IMG/VR virus record: IMGVR_UViG_3300044620_001883
Span: 32,001 to 96,000 of that record
Strand: one strand, 5' to 3'
DNA: 64,000 nucleotides
From: a virus
Taxonomy: Duplodnaviria; Caudoviricetes
The notes under the pieces are model-generated. The model was not told where the DNA came from, ran no database searches, and saw only the letters and a program-made list of their open reading frames with translations. The position numbers and the translations under genes are program-made. This document shows positions 62,388 through 64,000 of this stretch, one piece after another (the stretch's first letter is position 1; each line of letters begins with the position of its first letter).

Positions 62388-63121
62388 AAGCCGTCACGCT
62401 GATCCAAGTATGTTCTGCAGAAGATGAGCACGACAGTGCTTCTCTAATGCGCCGCGTGCAGGAGATGAACTGCATCCTACAGGGTGTACAGGCCCACTAT
62501 GCTGAGTCTGACGTGTACGTGGTGACAGACCAGCTGTACGCAGGTCTGAATGGTAACACGCGGGAGTTCCGGTCACATTTTAATCGCGTCTGGGACTCAA
62601 ATGCACATCCGTGCACTGAGAAAGTGTTTAGAACGTGGTGGCTCAGCTGGGTCGAGATGCTGCAGTTCGAGCTCAACTACATTGTTGGGTTGGAACAGTC
62701 ATGCGACAAGGCGGATCGTGAATCCTCTGAAAATGCTCACAGAACCTGGGACTCGTACCTGAAGGGGCTGAGGGTGCAGGTCGACAATACTGTGCGGATC
62801 ATGCAGGAAGTCAGGCATGAGGTGCTCAAGATCATTCCAACATTGGACCTGCCGGGATTCCCGGACGTTCCCAAGGCAGCCGAGTTGACCCCGGACGACA
62901 AGCGTTGGATCAAAACCGCTGCAGAGGTTGTCGCCGATGTTGAGATGGAGCGGGGGCGGCATGAGGCTATCAGGGAGCTGGCCAGGCAATACCATCAGAA
63001 AGATGGTGAGCTCGAGTTCGACCCGGACGCGAAGGTGTCTGAGGGTGAAGAAAACGGCGCCTATGTGCAGGGTTGGAAGTGGGTCAGCTTTCGCGATACC
63101 GCCCTGGATAAAGTGTCATGA
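62384..63121 (+). CDS. Hypothetical protein
   Basis: ATGA overlaps; 245 aa. Confidence 0.7.
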   Translation: MKAVTLIQVCSAEDEHDSASLMRRVQEMNCILQGVQAHYAESDVYVVTDQLYAGLNGNTREFRSHFNRVWDSNAHPCTEKVFRTWWLSWVEMLQFELNYIVGLEQSCDKADRESSENAHRTWDSYLKGLRVQVDNTVRIMQEVRHEVLKIIPTLDLPGFPDVPKAAELTPDDKRWIKTAAEVVADVEMERGRHEAIRELARQYHQKDGELEFDPDAKVSEGEENGAYVQGWKWVSFRDTALDKVS

Positions 63122-63456
63122 AATCCGATCTATCCGAGGACATCATTGCCTGCATGGTGGCGGGTGGTTTGATCATCGCGGCTTTGCTGTGGGTTAAGTC
63201 CGCAGACAGTCCTGAGCCTAAGAAACCAGCAATGCCAGTTCAAGACGCTCCATTTACAGCAACCCTAGATACCCTCAAGGAGTTGTCACTCCCAGGAACA
63301 GCGCCGTTGTTGATTGTCACAGATAACACCTGGATGACGCTCACGTTTGGTCCTGAGGGTCCCAGCACCGCGAAGGGGGCTGTCATGACCTTGAAGGCGG
63401 AGCCCATTGTGGAGCGGCTAGGGACGACGTGGAGAGTCACTTTCAAGGTGCCATGA
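63118..63456 (+). CDS. Protein with N-terminal TM anchor
   Basis: IIACMVAGGLIIAALLWV. Confidence 0.7.
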   Translation: MKSDLSEDIIACMVAGGLIIAALLWVKSADSPEPKKPAMPVQDAPFTATLDTLKELSLPGTAPLLIVTDNTWMTLTFGPEGPSTAKGAVMTLKAEPIVERLGTTWRVTFKVP

Positions 63457-63731
63457 CAAGTCAAACAACCGACCGACGGGACAGGCTACACCAGGAGTAC
63501 TGGGAGGTGTTTACCCGATGGGCCTGGCGGGTGCTGGGTCCACAGCAGCTCAACTGGTATTGGACTATGAACAATACCCCGGCAGGTCAGCGCTTCAGCG
63601 CCGCCCTCTGCCGGTTCGGGTTGCAGGAATCATTCATGTACCGGCGCCAGAATTACGAACGCGGGCTGCGGGGTTCCATCATGGAACCTCCGCCCCGTCT
63701 CATGATCCGTACCATTGATGCATCAGCATAA
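63453..63731 (+). CDS. Hypothetical protein
   Basis: ATGA overlap. Confidence 0.6.
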   Translation: MTSQTTDRRDRLHQEYWEVFTRWAWRVLGPQQLNWYWTMNNTPAGQRFSAALCRFGLQESFMYRRQNYERGLRGSIMEPPPRLMIRTIDASA

Positions 63732-63957
63732 GCATTTCGTCCGCACCCCTGTCATCCATGATGTGCTGCACCTGCAGTGCTATCAGCGGGGACAGTGGGT
63801 GCAGCTCGCTTGGTGTGATCGACCAAGCAGGTATTGGGGCACAAAGCCAGGAGCAGGCAGGGTCGTGATAGCCTTTCACTACCCCCATGCGCACCGCAGT
63901 TTCGTTCAGTACAACCAGATGTTAAAACAAAGAGCAGCATGCCCGTCTACGACGTAA
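63715..63957 (+). CDS. Hypothetical protein
   Basis: Tiles with neighbours. Confidence 0.5.
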   Translation: MMHQHKHFVRTPVIHDVLHLQCYQRGQWVQLAWCDRPSRYWGTKPGAGRVVIAFHYPHAHRSFVQYNQMLKQRAACPSTT

Positions 63958-64000
63958 CGATTCAGGCCACGGTCCGCAAGGCAGTCCGTGTGGAAGCAGA
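63939..64000 (+). CDS. 3'-truncated small protein
   Basis: MPVYDVTIQATVRKAVRVEA runs off the window. Confidence 0.5.
   Translation, partial: MPVYDVTIQATVRKAVRVEA

Larger units (their letters stand above)
1..64000. mobile_element. Segment of a large tailed dsDNA phage genome (jumbo-phage-like, encodes its own multisubunit RNAP)
   Basis: Dense unidirectional gene packing with ATGA/GTGA overlaps; phage-type PolA-UDG, primase, portal-like gene and split RNAP; mostly hypothetical genes; no host housekeeping operons. Confidence 0.93.

Noticed and set aside
1-64000. Stop-codon reassignment
   Set aside because: Known enzymes are full length under code 11, and TAG, TGA and TAA all terminate genes

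Overview
A 64-kb slice of a large (jumbo-type) tailed dsDNA phage genome. Every credible gene is on the + strand, and the standard genetic code fits. Blocks: (i) replication/recombination, 1.9-18.7 kb: wHTH initiator-like protein with a candidate internal origin, DnaG-type primase, Rha/antirepressor-like protein, family-A DNA polymerase fused to a UDG-like domain, gp32-like SSB with a long QQAPAFGG/poly-Pro tail, RecA, RecQ. (ii) Virion/transcription, 20.9-31.9 kb and 43.6-49.9 kb: a bacterial-type multisubunit RNA polymerase beta subunit split into three genes, the last fused to the start of beta-prime, interleaved with a putative portal and many Gly/Ala-rich proteins carrying a recurrent K-x-A-(A/S/G) motif, one of them fused to a GNAT domain. 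(iii) Accessory genes, 32-43.5 kb and 49.9-64 kb: MazG-like, GP88-like, SEC-C, matrixin-like, HhH glycosylase, NAD-dependent ligase, DUF6745 pair, DUF4313, amino-methyltransferase and many unknowns. The most striking unexplained structure is non-coding. The motif TTATAGANNTTTG occurs three times between genes (1599, 19696, 37421). Each copy is followed, from its last G, by 250-370 nt of dense hairpin structure that ends just before a start codon. A fourth structured RNA with an attenuator-like layout follows ligA. No tRNA, rRNA, CRISPR array, terminase or major capsid gene was seen. All family calls come from motif recognition by eye, and helices were paired by eye, without folding or database searches.
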